A stretch of DNA of 64,000 nucleotides from Lingula anatina. Taxonomy: Eukaryota; Animalia; Brachiopoda. Of the stretch, positions 10,601 through 25,600 are shown piece after piece. The notes under the pieces are model-generated. The model was not told where the DNA came from, did not search any database, and saw nothing but the letters and a program-made list of their open reading frames with translations. The DNA is taken from assembly GCA_051362555.1 (NCBI GenBank), contig CM120644.1:20048534-20112533 (forward strand), written 5' to 3'. The stretch's first letter is position 1, and each line of letters opens with the position of its first letter. Position numbers and translations under genes: made by a program.

Positions 10601-13600
10601 GAAGTCATTTATGGGTATATATTGTTTTCCAGATGATGGTTTAGGTAACTTGCAACTTCCTACACAAACAACCTCAAATCATCACATTTGCTGTTTTCTT
10701 GCAGAGTAAATAATACATTGCAATATTGAAATATTTGTTTCGGTTAATTCTCACTCTTCTGATGATCAATTTTCATGATTAATTTTTTAGTTTATCATCC
10801 GAAGACAATACTTTTCATTAGTCACAGTCAACTTATCAGCTTATCACAGATTTTTATTGTTGTTAAGCATCATTTGTGCAAATTTCAGAAATATTGGAAC
10901 ATTTTTGACAAAGTTATTAGCATTTAACTATTTTAAGTCCTACGATTTCCCAGTCTTTATAATGTAATTTTTTTTTTCCCAAATATATTGTCCTAAAAAA
11001 ACACTTTTAATTAGTCACAGTCAGCTGATCAGCTTATCACAGATTTTAATTGTTATGAAGCATCATTTGTGCAAATTTCAGAAATATTGGAACATTTTTG
11101 ACAAAGTTATTAGCATTTAACTATTTTAAGTCCTCCGATTTCTCAGTCTTTTCAATGTAATTTTATAGTTGTCTGAAATATATTGTCCTAAAAAAAACTT
11201 TTCCTTAGATACAGTCAACTGATCAGCTTATCACAGATTTTTATTGTTGTTAAGCATCATTTGTACAAATTTCAGAAACATTGGACAAGATTTGACAAAA
11301 TTATTAACATTTAACTATTTTAAGTCCTGCGATTTCCTGGTCTTTTCAATGTAATTTTTAGTGTTCCCAAATATATTGTCCTTAAAACACTTTTCATTAG
11401 ATACAGTCATTTGATCAGATTATCACAGATTTTTATTGTTGTTAATCATCTTTTGTACAAATTTCAGAAATATTAGACCAGATTTGACAAAATTATTAAC
11501 GTTTAACTATTTTAAGTCATTGAATTTGCCAGTCTTTTCAATGTAATTTTCAGTTCTTTCAGTTATATTGTTCTTTTTCCAGAGTACCTTTACCGTGATA
11601 AAACAGGCAGTGAAAGACAAGACCAAGAGCAGCACTATATCTCATCCATTTGTACAGTGCACTATATTTGGCAGGATTTAGGACATTGTTAGATATTGTG
11701 ATAACAACAACCCCTTCCAGAATCCCATTGTAAGGAGTAATCTGCATCTGGCATTGGTAGTAAGGAGAAGTCATTTATGGGTATATATTGTTTTCCAGAT
11801 GATGGTTTAGGTAACTTGCAACTTCCTACACAAACAACCTCAAATCATCACATTTGCTGTTTTCTTGCAGAGTAAATAATACATTGCAATATTGAAATAT
11901 TTGTTTCGGTTAATTCTCACTCTTCTGATGATCAATTTTCATGATTAATTTTTTAGTTTATCATCCGAAGACAATACTTTTCATTAGTCACAGTCAACTT
12001 ATCAGCTTATCACAGATTTTTATTGTTGTTAAGCATCATTTGTGCAAATTTCAGAAATATTGGAACATTTTTGACAAAGTTATTAGCATTTAACTATTTT
12101 AAGTCCTACGATTTCCCAGTTTTTTCAATGTAATTTTTAGTTTTCCCAAATATATTGTCCTAAAAAAACACTTTTAATTAGTCACAGTCAGCTGATCAGC
12201 TTATCACAGATTTTAATTGTTATTAAGCATCATTTGTGCAAATTTCAGAAATATTGGAACATTTTTGACAAAGTTATTAGCATTTAACTATTTTAAGTCC
12301 TCCGATTTCTCAGTCTTTTCAATGTAATTTTATAGTTGTCCGAAATATATTGTCCTAAAAAAAACTTTTCCTTAGATACAGTCAACTGATCAGCTTATCA
12401 CAGATTTTTATTGTTGTTAAGCATCATTTGTACAAATTTCAGTAACATTGGACAAGATTTGACAAAATTATTAACATTTAACTATTTTAAGTCCTACGAT
12501 TTCCCAGTCTTTTCAATGTAATTTTATAGTTGTCCGAAATATATTGTCCTAAAAAAAACTTTTCCTTAGATACAGTCAATTGATCAGCTTATCACAGATT
12601 TTTATTGTTGTTAAGCATCTTTTGTACAAATTTCAGAAATATTAGACCAGATTTGACAAAATTATTAACGTTTAACTATTTTAAGTCATTGAATTTGCCA
12701 GTCTTTTCAATGTAATTTTCAGTTTTTTCAGTTATATTGTTCTTTTTCCAGAGTACCCTTACCGTGATAAAACAGGCAGTGAAAGACAAGACCAAGAGCA
12801 GCACTATATCTCATCTATTTGTACAGTGCACTATATTTGGCAGGATTTAGGACATTGTTAGATATTGTGATAACAACAACCCCTTCCAGAATCCCATTGT
12901 AAGGAGTAATCTGCATCTGGCATTGGTAGTAAGGAGAAGTCATTTATGGGTATATATTGTTCTCCAGATGACAGTTTGGGTAACTTGCAACTTCCTACAC
13001 AAACAACCTCAAATCATCACATTTGCTGTTTTCTTTCAGAGTAAATAATACATTGCAATTTTGAAATATTTGTTTTGGTTACTTCTCACTCTTCTGATGA
13101 TCAATTTTAATGATTAATTTTTTAGTTTATCATCCGAAGACAAAACTTTTCATTAGTCACAGTCAACTTATCAGCTTATCACAGATTTTTATTGTTGTTA
13201 AGCATCATTTGTGCAAATTTCAGAAATATTGGAACATTTTTGACAAAGTTATTAGCATTTAACTATTTTAAGTCCTTCGATTTCCCAGTCTTTATAATGT
13301 AATTTTTAGTTTTTCCCAAATATATTGTCCTAAAAAAACACTTTTAATTAGTCACAGTCAGCTGATCAGCTTATCACAGATTTTAATTGTTATTAAGCAT
13401 CATTTGTGCAAATTTCAGAAATATTGGAACATTTTTGACAAAGTTATTAGCATTTAAATATTTTAAGTCCTCCGATTTCTCAGTCTTTTCAATGTAATTT
13501 TATAGTTGTCCGAAATATATTGTCCTAAAAAAAACTTTTCCTTAGATACAGTCAACTGATCAGCTTATCACAGATTGTTATTGTTGTTAAGCATCATTTG

Positions 13601-16600
13601 TACAAATTTCAGTAACATTGGACAAGATTTGACAAAATTATTAACATTTAACTATTTTAAGTCCTCCTATTTCCTGGTCTTTTCAATGTAATTTTTAGTT
13701 TTCCCAAATATATTGTCCTTAAAACACTTTTCATTAGATACAGTCATTTGATCAGATTATCACAGATTTTTATTGTTGTTAAGCATCTTTTGTACAAATG
13801 TCAGAAATATTAGACCAGATTTGACAAAATTATTAACGTTTAACTATTTTAAGTCATTGAATTTGCCAGTCTTTTCAATGTAATTTTCAGTTCTTTCAGT
13901 TATATTGTTCTTTTTCCAGAGTACCCTTACCATGATAAAACAGGCAGTGAAAGACAAGACCAAGAGCAGCACTATATCTCATCCATTTGTACAGTGCACT
14001 ATATTTTGCAGGATTTAGGACATTGTTAGATATTGTGATAACAACAACCCCTTCCAGAATCCCATTGTAAGGAGTAATCTGCATCTGGCATTGGTAGTAA
14101 GGAGAAGTCATTTATGGGTATATATTGTTTTCCAGATGACGGTTTAGGTAACTTGCAACTTCCTACACAAACAACCTCAAATCATCACATTTGCTGTTTT
14201 CTTGCAGAGTAAATAATACATTGCAATATTGAAATATTTGTTTCGGTTAATTCTCACTCTTCTGATGATCAATTTTCATGATTAATTTTTTAGTTTATCA
14301 TCCGAAGACAATACTTTTCATTAGTCACATTCAACTTATCAGCTTATCACAGATTCTTATTGTTGTTAAGCATCATTTGTACAAATTTCAGAAACATTGG
14401 ACAAGATTTGGCAAAATTATTAACATTTAACTATTTTAAGTCCTGCGATTTCCTGGTCTTTTCAATGTAATTTTTAGTTTTCCCAAATATATTGTACTTA
14501 AAACACTTTTCATTAGATACAGTCAACTGATCAGATTATCACAGATTTTTATTGTTCTTAATCATCTTTTGTACAAATTTCAGAAATATTAGACCAGATT
14601 TGACAAAATTATTAACGTTTAACTATTTTAAGTCGTTGAATTTGCCAGTCTTTTCAATGTAATTTTCAGTTCTTTCAGTTATATTGTTCTTTTTCCAGAG
14701 TACCCTTACCATGATAAAACAGGCAGTGAAAGACAAGACCAAGAGCAGCACTATATCTCATCCATGTGTACAGTGCACTATATTTGGCAGGATTTGGGAC
14801 ATTGTCAGATATTGTGATAACAACAACCCCTTTCAGAATCCCATTGTAAGGAGTAATCTGCATCTGGCATTGGTAGTAAGGAGAAGTCATTTATGGGTAT
14901 ATATTGTTTTCCAGATGACGGTTTAGGTAACTTGCAACTTCCTACACAAACAACCTCAAATCATCACATTTGCTGTTTTCTTGCAGAGTAAATAATACAT
15001 TGCAATATTGAAATATTTGTTTCGGTTAATTCTCACTCTTCTGATGATCAATTTTCATGATTAATTTTTTAGTTTATCATCCGAAGACAATACTTTTCAT
15101 TAGTCACAGTCAACTTATCAGCTTATCACAGATTTTTATTGTTGTTAAGCATCATTTGTGCAAATTTCAGAAATATTGGAACATTTTTGACAAAGTTATT
15201 AGCATTTAACTATTTTAAGTCCTACGATTTCCCAGTTTTTTCAATGTAATTTTTAGTTTTCCCAAATATATTGTCCTAAAAAAACACTTTGAATTAGTCA
15301 CAGTCAGCTGATCAGCTTTTCACAGATTTTAATTGTTATTAAGCATCATTTGTGCAAATTTCAGAAATATTGGAACATTTTTGACAAAGTTATTAGCATT
15401 TAACTATTTTAAGTCCTCCGATTTCTCAGTCTTTTCAATGTAATTTTATAGTTGTCCGAAATATATTGTCCTAAAAAAAACTTTTCCTTAGATACAGTCA
15501 ACTGATCAGCTTATCACAGATTTTTATTGTTGTTAAGCATCATTTGTACAAATTTCAGTAACATTGGACAAGATTTGACAAAATTATTAACATTTAACTA
15601 TTTTAAGTCCTACGATTTCCCAGTCTTTTCAATGTAATTTTATAGTTGTCCGAAATATATTGTCCTAAAAAAAACTTTTCCTTAGATACAGTCAATTGAT
15701 CAGCTTATCACAGATTTTTATTGTTGTTAAGCATCTTTTGTACAAATTTCAGAAATATTAGACCAGATTTGACAAAATTATTAACGTTTAACTATTTTAA
15801 GTCATTGAATTTGCCAGTCTTTTCAATGTAATTTTCAGTTTTTTCAGTTATATTGTTCTTTTTCCAGAGTACCCTTACCGTGATAAAACAGGCAGTGAAA
15901 GACAAGACCAAGAGCAGCACTATATCTCATCTATTTGTACAGTGCACTATATTTGGCAGGATTTAGGACATTGTTAGATATTGTGATAACAACAACCCCT
16001 TCCAGAATCCCATTGTAAGGAGTAATCTGCATCTGGCATTGGTAGTAAGGAGAAGTCATTTATGGGTATATATTGTTCTCCAGATGACAGTTTGGGTAAC
16101 TTGCAACTTCCTACACAAACAACCTCAAATCATCACATTTGCTGTTTTCTTTCAGAGTAAATAATACATTGCAATTTTGAAATATTTGTTTTGGTTACTT
16201 CTCACTCTTCTGATGATCAATTTTAATGATTAATTTTTTAGTTTATCATCCGAAGACAAAACTTTTCATTAGTCACAGTCAACTTATCAGCTTATCACAG
16301 ATTTTTATTGTTGTTAAGCATCATTTGTGCAAATTTCAGAAATATTGGAACATTTTTGACAAAGTTATTAGCATTTAACTATTTTAAGTCCTTCGATTTC
16401 TCAGTCTTTATAATGTAATTTTTAGTTTTTCCCAAATATATTGTCCTAAAAAAACACTTTTAATTAGTCACAGTCAGCTGATCAGCTTATCACAGATTTT
16501 AATTGTTATTAAGCATCATTTGTGCAAATTTCAGAAATATTGGAACATTTTTGACAAAGTTATTAGCATTTAACTATTTTAAGTCCTCCGATTTCTCAGT

Positions 16601-19600
16601 CTTTTCAATGTAATTTTATAGTTGTCCGAAATATATTGTCCTAAAAAAAACTTTTCCTTAGATACAGTCAACTGATCAGCTTTTCACAGATTTTAATTGT
16701 TATTAAGCATCATTTGTGCAAATTTCAGAAATATTGGAACATTTTTGACAAAGTTATTAGCATTTAACTATTTTAAGTCCTCCGATTTCTCAGTCTTTTC
16801 AATGTAATTTTATAGTTGTCCGAAATATATTGTCCTAAAAAAAACTTTTCCTTAGATACAGTCAACTGATCAGCTTATCACAGATTTTTATTGTTGTTAA
16901 GCATCATTTGTACAAATTTCAGTAACATTGGACAAGATTTGACAAAATTATTAACATTTAACTATTTTAAGTCCTCCTATTTCCTGGTCTTTTCAATGTA
17001 ATTTTTAGTTTTCCCAAATATATTGTCCTTAAAACACTTTTTATTAGATACAGTCATTTGATCAGATTATCACAGATTTTTATTGTTGTTAAGCATCTTT
17101 TGTACAAATGTCAGAAATATTAGACCAGATTTGACAAAATTATTAACGTTTAACTATTTTAAGTCATTGAATTTGCCAGTCTTTTCAATGTAATTTTCAG
17201 TTCTTTCAGTTATATTGTTCTTTTTCCAGAGTACCCTTACCATGATAAAACAGGCAGTGAAAGACAAGACCAAGAGCAGCACTATATCTCATCCATTTGT
17301 ACAGTGCACTATATTTTGCAGGATTTAGGACATTGTTAGATATTGTGATAACAACAACCCCTTCCAGAATCCCATTGTAAGGAGTAATCTGCATCTGGCA
17401 TTGGTAGTAAGGAGAAGTCATTTATGGGTATATATTGTTTTCCAGATGACGGTTTAGGTAACTTGCAACTTCCTACACAAACAACCTCAAATCATCACAT
17501 TTGCTGTTTTCTTGCAGAGTAAATAATACATTGCAATATTGAAATATTTGTTTCGGTTAATTCTCACTCTTCTGATGATCAATTTTAATGATTAATTTTT
17601 TAGTTTATCATCCGAAGACAATACTTTTCATTAGTCACAGTCAACTTATCAGCTTATCACAGATTCTTATTGTTGTTAAGCATCATTTGTACAAATTTCA
17701 GAAACATTGGACAAGATTTGGCAAAATTATTAACATTTAACTATTTTAAGTCCTGCGATTTCCTGGTCTTTTCAATGTAATTTTTAGTTTTCCCAAATAT
17801 ATTGTACTTAAAACACTTTTCATTAGATACAGTCAACTGATCAGATTATCACAGATTTTTATTGTTCTTAATCATCTTTTGTACAAATTTCAGAAATATT
17901 AGACCAGATTTGACAAAATTATTAACGTTTAACTATTTTAAGTCGTTGAATTTGCCAGTCTTTTCAATGTAATTTTCAGTTCTTTCAGTTATATTGTTCT
18001 TTTTCCAGAGTACCCTTACCGTGATAAAACAGGCAGTGAAAGACAAGACCAAGAGCAGCACTATATCTCATCCATTTGTATAGTGCACTATATTTGGCAG
18101 GATTTAGGACATTGTTAGATATTGTGATAACAACAACCCCTTCCAGAATCCCGTTGTAAGAAGTAATCTGCATCTGGCATTGGTAGTAAGGAGAAGTCAT
18201 TTATGGGTATATATTGTTTTCCAGATGACGGTTTAGGTAGCTTGCAACTTACTACACAAACAACCTCAAATCATCACATTTGCTGTTTTCTTGCAGAGTA
18301 AATAATACATTGCAATATTGAAATATTTGTTTCGGTTAATTCTCACTCTTCTGATGATCAATTTTCATGATTAATTTTTTAGTTTATCATCCGAAGACAA
18401 AACTTTTCATTAGTCACAGTCAACTTATCAGCTTATCACAGATTTTTATTGTTGTTAAGCATCATTTGTGCAAATTTCAGAAATATTGGAACATTTTTGA
18501 CAAAGATATTAGCATTTAACTATTTTAAGTCCTACGATTTCCCAGTCTTTATAATGTAATTTTTAGTTTTCCCAAATATATATTCCTAAAAAAACACTTT
18601 TAATTAGTCACAGTCAGCTGATCAGCTTATCACAGATTTTAATTGTTATTAAGCATCATTTGTGCAAATTTCAGAAATATTGGAACATTTTTGACAAAGT
18701 TATTAGCATTTAACTATTTTAAGTCCTCCGATTTCTCAGTCTTTTCAATGTAATTTTATAGTTGTCCGAAATATATTGTCCTAAAAAAAACTTTTCCTTA
18801 GATACAGTCAACTGATCAGCTTATCACAGATTTTTATTGTTGTTAAGCATCATTTGTACAAATTTCAGTAACATTGGACAAGATTTGACAAAATTATTAA
18901 CATTTAACTATTTTAAGTCCTACGATTTCCCACTCTTTTCAATGTAATTTTATAGTTGTCCAAAATATATTGTCCTAAAAAAAACTTTTCCTTATATACA
19001 GTCAACTGATCAGCTTATCACAGATTTTTATTGTTGTTAAGCATCATTTGTATAAAATTCAGTAACATTGGACAAGATTTGACAAAATTATTAACATTTA
19101 ACTATTTTAAGTCCTACGATTTCCCAGTCTTTTCAATGTAATTTTATAGTTGTCTGAAATATATTGTCCTAAAAAAAACTTTTCCTTAGATACAGTCAAC
19201 TGATCAGCTTATCACAGATTTTTATTGTTGTTAAGCATCATTTGTACAAATTTCAGAAACATTGGACAAGATTTGACAAAATTATTAACATTTAACTATT
19301 TTAAGTCCTGCGATTTCCTGGTCTTTTCAATGTAATTTTTAGTGTTCCCAAATATATTGTCCTTAAAACACTTTTCATTAGATACAGTCATTTGATCAGA
19401 TTATCACAGATTTTTATTGTTGTTAATCATCTTTTGTACAAATTTCAGAAATATTAGACCAGATTTGACAAAATTATTAACGTTTAACTATTTTAAGTCG
19501 TTGAATTTGCCAGTCTTTTCAATGTAATTTTCAGTTCTTTCAGTTATATTGTTCTTTTATTGTTGTTAAGCATCATTTGTACAAATTTCAGAAACATTGG

Positions 19601-22600
19601 ACAAGATTTGACAAAATTATTAACATTTAACTATTTTAAGTCCTGCGATTTCCTGGTCTTTTCAATGTAATTTTTAGTGTTCCCAAATATATTGTCCTTA
19701 AAACACTTTTCATTAGATACAGTCATTGTTGTTAAGCATCTTTTGTACAAATTTCAGTAACATTGGACAAGATTTGACAAAATTATCAACATTTAACTAT
19801 TTTAAGTCCTGCTATTACCTTTTCTTTTCAATGTAATTTTTTAGTTTTCCCAAATATATTGTCCTTAAAACACTTTTTATTAGATACAGTCAACTGATCA
19901 GATTATCGTAGATTTTTGTTGTTGTTAAACATCTTTTGTACAAATTTCAGAAATATTGGAACATTTTTTACAAAGTTATTAGCATTTAACTATTTTAAGT
20001 CATTGAATTTGACAGTCTTTTCAATGTAATTTTCAGTTCTTTCAGTTATATTGTTCTTTTTCCAGAGTACCCTTACCATGATAAAACAGGCAGTGAAAGA
20101 CAAGACCAAGAGCAGCACTATATCTCATCCATGTGTACAGTGCACTATATTTGGCAGGATTTGGGACATTGTCAGATATTGTGATAACAACAACCCCTTT
20201 CGGAATCCCATTGTAAGGAGTAATCTGCATCTGGCATTGGTAGTAAGGAGAAGTCATTTATGGGTATATATTGTTCTCCAGATGACGGTTTAGGTAACTT
20301 GCAACTTCCTACACAAACAAACTCAAATCATCACATTTGCTGTTTTCTTTCAGAGTAAATAATACATCGCAATTTTAAAAAATTTGTTTTGGTTACTACT
20401 CACTCTTCTGATAATCAATTTTCATGATTAATTTTTTAGTTTATCATCCGAAGACAATACTTTTCATTAGTCACAGTCAACTTATCAGCTTATCACAGAT
20501 TTTTATTGTTGTTAAGCATCATTTGTGCAAATTTCAGAAATATTGGAACATTTTTAACAAAGTTATTAGCATTTAACTATTTTAAGTCCTACGATTTCCC
20601 AGTCTTTATAATGTAATTTTTTTTTTCCCAAATATATTGTCCTAAAAAAACACTTTTAATTAGTCACAGTCAGCTGATCAGCTTATCACAGATTTTAATT
20701 GTTATGAAGCATCATTTGTGCAAATTTCAGAAATATTGGAACATTTTTGACAAAGTTATTAGCATTTAACTATTTTAAGTCCTCCGATTTCTCAGTCTTT
20801 TCAATGTAATTTTATAGTTGTCTGAAATATATTGTCCTAAAAAAAACTTTTCCTTAGATACAGTCAACTGATCAGCTTATCACAGATTTTTATTGTTGTT
20901 AAGCATCATTTGTACAAATTTCAGAAACATTGGACAAGATTTGACAAAATTATTAACATTTAACTATTTTAAGTCCTGCGATTTCCTGGTCTTTTCAATG
21001 TAATTTTTAGTGTTCCCAAATATATTGTCCTTAAAACACTTTTCATTAGATACAGTCATTTGATCAGATTATCACAGATTTTTATTGTTCTTAAGCATCT
21101 TTTGTACAAATTTCAGAAATATTAGACCAGATTTGACAAAATTATTAACGTTTAACTATTTTAAGTCATTGAATTTGCCAGTCTTTTCAATGTAATTTTC
21201 AGTTCTTTCAGTTATATTGTTCTTTTTCCAGAGTACCTTTACCGTGATAAAACAGGCAGTGAAAGACAAGACCAAGAGCAGCACTATATCTCATCCATTT
21301 GTACAGTGCACTATATTTGGCAGGATTTAGGACATTGTTAGATATTGTGATAACAACAACCCCTTCCAGAATCCCATTGTAAGGAGTAATCTGCATCTGG
21401 CATTGGTAGTAAGGAGAAGTCATTTATGGGTATATATTGTTTTCCAGATGATGGTTTAGGTAACTTGCAACTTCCTACACAAACAACCTCAAATCATCAC
21501 ATTTGCTATTTTCTTGCAGAGTAAATAATACATTGCAATATTGAAATATTTGTTTCGGTTAATTCTCACTCTTCTGATGATCAATTTTCATGATTAATTT
21601 TTTAGTTTATCATCCGAAGACAATACTTTTCATTAGTCACAGTCAACTTATCAGCTTATCACAGATTTTTATTGTTGTTAAGCATCATTTGTGCAAATTT
21701 CAGAAATATTGGAACATTTTTGACAAAGTTATTAGCATTTAACTATTTTAAGTCCTACGATTTCCCAGTTTTTTCAATGTAATTTTTAGTTTTCCCAAAT
21801 ATATTGTCCTAAAAAAACACTTTTAATTAGTCACAGTCAGCTGATCAGCTTATCACAGATTTTAATTGTTATTAAGCATCATTTGTGCAAATTTCAGAAA
21901 TATTGGAACATTTTTGACAAAGTTATTAGCATTTAACTATTTTAAGTCCTCCGATTTCTCAGTCTTTTCAATGTAATTTTATAGTTGTCCGAAATATATT
22001 GTCCTAAAAAAAACTTTTCCTTAGATACAGTCAACTGATCAGCTTATCACAGATTTTTATTGTTGTTAAGCATCATTTGTACAAATTTCAGTAACATTGG
22101 ACAAGATTTGACAAAATTATTAACATTTAACTATTTTAAGTCCTACGATTTCCCAGTCTTTTCAATGTAATTTTATAGTTGTCCGAAATATATTGTCCTA
22201 AAAAAAACTTTTCCTTAGATACAGTCAATTGATCAGCTTATCACAGATTTTTATTGTTGTTAAGCATCTTTTGTACAAATTTCAGAAATATTAGACCAGA
22301 TTTGACAAAATTATTAACGTTTAACTATTTTAAGTCATTGAATTTGCCAGTCTTTTCAATGTAATTTTCAGTTTTTTCAGTTATATTGTTCTTTTTCCAG
22401 AGTACCCTTACCGTGATAAAACAGGCAGTGAAAGACAAGACCAAGAGCAGCACTATATCTCATCTATTTGTACAGTGCACTATATTTGGCAGGATTTAGG
22501 ACATTGTTAGATATTGTGATAACAACAACCCCTTCCAGAATCCCATTGTAAGGAGTAATCTGCATCTGGCATTGGTAGTAAGGAGAAGTCATTTATGGGT

Positions 22601-25600
22601 ATATATTGTTCTCCAGATGACAGTTTGGGTAACTTGCAACTTCCTACACAAACAACCTCAAATCATCACATTTGCTGTTTTCTTTCAGAGTAAATAATAC
22701 ATTGCAATTTTGAAATATTTGTTTTGGTTACTTCTCACTCTTCTGATGATCAATTTTAATGATTAATTTTTTAGTTTATCATCCGAAGACAAAACTTTTC
22801 ATTAGTCACAGTCAACTTATCAGCTTATCACAGATTTTTATTGTTGTTAAGCATCATTTGTGCAAATTTCAGAAATATTGGAACATTTTTGACAAAGTTA
22901 TTAGCATTTAACTATTTTAAGTCCTTCGATTTCCCAGTCTTTATAATGTAATTTTTAGTTTTTCCCAAATATATTGTCCTAAAAAAACACTTTTAATTAG
23001 TCACAGTCAGCTGATCAGCTTATCACAGATTTTAATTGTTATTAAGCATCATTTGTGCAAATTTCAGAAATATTGGAACATTTTTGACAAAGTTATTAGC
23101 ATTTAAATATTTTAAGTCCTCCGATTTCTCAGTCTTTTCAATGTAATTTTATAGTTGTCCGAAATATATTGTCCTAAAAAAAACTTTTCCTTAGATACAG
23201 TCAACTAATCAGCTTATCACAGATTGTTATTGTTGTTAAGCATCATTTGTACAAATTTCAGTAACATTGGACAAGATTTGACAAAATTATTAACATTTAA
23301 CTATTTTAAGTCCTCCTATTTCCTGGTCTTTTCAATGTAATTTTTAGTTTTCCCAAATATATTGTCCTTAAAACACTTTTCATTAGATACAGTCATTTGA
23401 TCAGATTATCACAGATTTTTATTGTTGTTAAGCATCTTTTGTACAAATGTCAGAAATATTAGACCAGATTTGACAAAATTATTAACGTTTAACTATTTTA
23501 AGTCATTGAATTTGCCAGTCTTTTCAATGTAATTTTCAGTTCTTTCAGTTATATTGTTCTTTTTCCAGAGTACCCTTACCATGATAAAACAGGCAGTGAA
23601 AGACAAGACCAAGAGCAGCACTATATCTCATCCATTTGTACAGTGCACTATATTTTGCAGGATTTAGGACATTGTTAGATATTGTGATAACAACAACCCC
23701 TTCCAGAATCCCATTGTAAGGAGTAATCTGCATCTGGCATTGGTAGTAAGGAGAAGTCATTTATGGGTATATATTGTTTTCCAGATGACGGTTTAGGTAA
23801 CTTGCAACTTCCTACACAAACAACCTCAAATCATCACATTTGCTTTTTTCTTGCAGAGTAAATAATACATTGCAATATTGAAATATTTGTTTCGGTTAAT
23901 TCTCACTCTTCTGATGATCAATTTTAATGATTAATTTTTTAGTTTATCATCCGAAGACAATACTTTTCATGAGTCACAGTCAACTTATCAGCTTATCACA
24001 GATTTTTATTGTTGTTAAGCATCATTTGTACAAATTTCAGAAACATTGGACAAGATTTGGCAAAATTATTAACATTTAACTATTTTAAGTCCTGCGATTT
24101 CCTGGTCTTTTCAATGTAATTTTTAGTTTTCCCAAATATATTGTACTTAAAACACTTTTCATTAGATACAGTCAACTGATCAGATTATCACAGATTTTTA
24201 TTGTTCTTAATCATCTTTTGTACAAATTTCAGAAATATTAGACCAGATTTGACAAAATTATTAACGTTTAACTATTTTAAGTCGTTGAATTTGCCAGTCT
24301 TTTCAATGTAATTTTCAGTTCTTTCAGTTATATTGTTCTTTTTCCAGAGTACCCTTACCGTGATAAAACAGGCAGTGAAAGACAAGACCAAGAGCAGCAC
24401 TATATCTCATCCATTTGTATAGTGCACTATATTTGGCAGGATTTAGGACATTGTTAGATATTGTGATAACAACAACCCCTTCCAGAATCCCGTTGTAAGA
24501 AGTAATCTGCATCTGGCATTGGTAGTAAGGAGAAGTCATTTATGGGTATATATTGTTCTCCAGATGACGGTTTAGGTAGCTTGCAACTTCCTACACAAAC
24601 AACCTCAAATCATCACATTTGCTGTTTTCTTGCAGAGTAAATAATACATTGCAATATTGAAATATTTGTTTCGGTTAATTCTCACTCTTCTGATGATCAA
24701 TTTTCATGATTAATTTTTTAGTTTATCATCCGAAGACAAAACTTTTCATTAGTCACAGTCAACTTATCAGCTTATCACAGATTTTTATTGTTGTTAAGCA
24801 TCATTTGTACAAATTTCAGAAACATTGGACAAGATTTGACAAAGATATTAGCATTTAACTATTTTAAGTCCTACAATTTCCCAGTCTTTTCAATGTAATT
24901 TTTAGTTTTCCCAAATATATATTCCTAAAAAAACACTTTTAATTAGTCACAGTCAACTGATCAGCTTATCACAGATTTTAATTGTTATTAAGCATCATTT
25001 GTGCAAATTTCAGAAATATTGGAACATTTTTGACAAAGTTATTAGCATTTAACTATTTTAAGTCCTCCGATTTCTCAGTCTTTTCAATGTAATTTTATAG
25101 TTGTCCGAAATATATTGTCCTAAAAAAAACTTTTCCTTAGATACAGTCAACTGATCAGCTTATCACAGATTTTTATTGTTGTTAAGCATCATTTGTACAA
25201 ATTTCATTAACATTGGACAAGATTTGACAAAATTATTAACATTTAACTATTTTAAGTCCTACGATTTCCCACTCTTTTCAATGTAATTTTATAGTTGTCC
25301 AAAATATATTGTCCTAAAAAAAACTTTTCCTTATATACAGTCAACTGATCAGCTTATCACAGATTTTTATTGTTGTTAAGCATCATTTGTACAAAATTCA
25401 GTAACATTGGACAAGATTTGACAAAATTATTAACATTTAACTATTGTAAGTCCTACGATTTCCCAGTCTTTTCAATGTAATTTTATAGTTGTCCGAAATA
25501 TATTGTCCTAAAAAAAACTTTTCCTTAGATACAGTCAATTGATCAGCTTATCACAGATTTTTATTGTTGTTAAGCATCATTTGTACAAATTTCAGTAACA

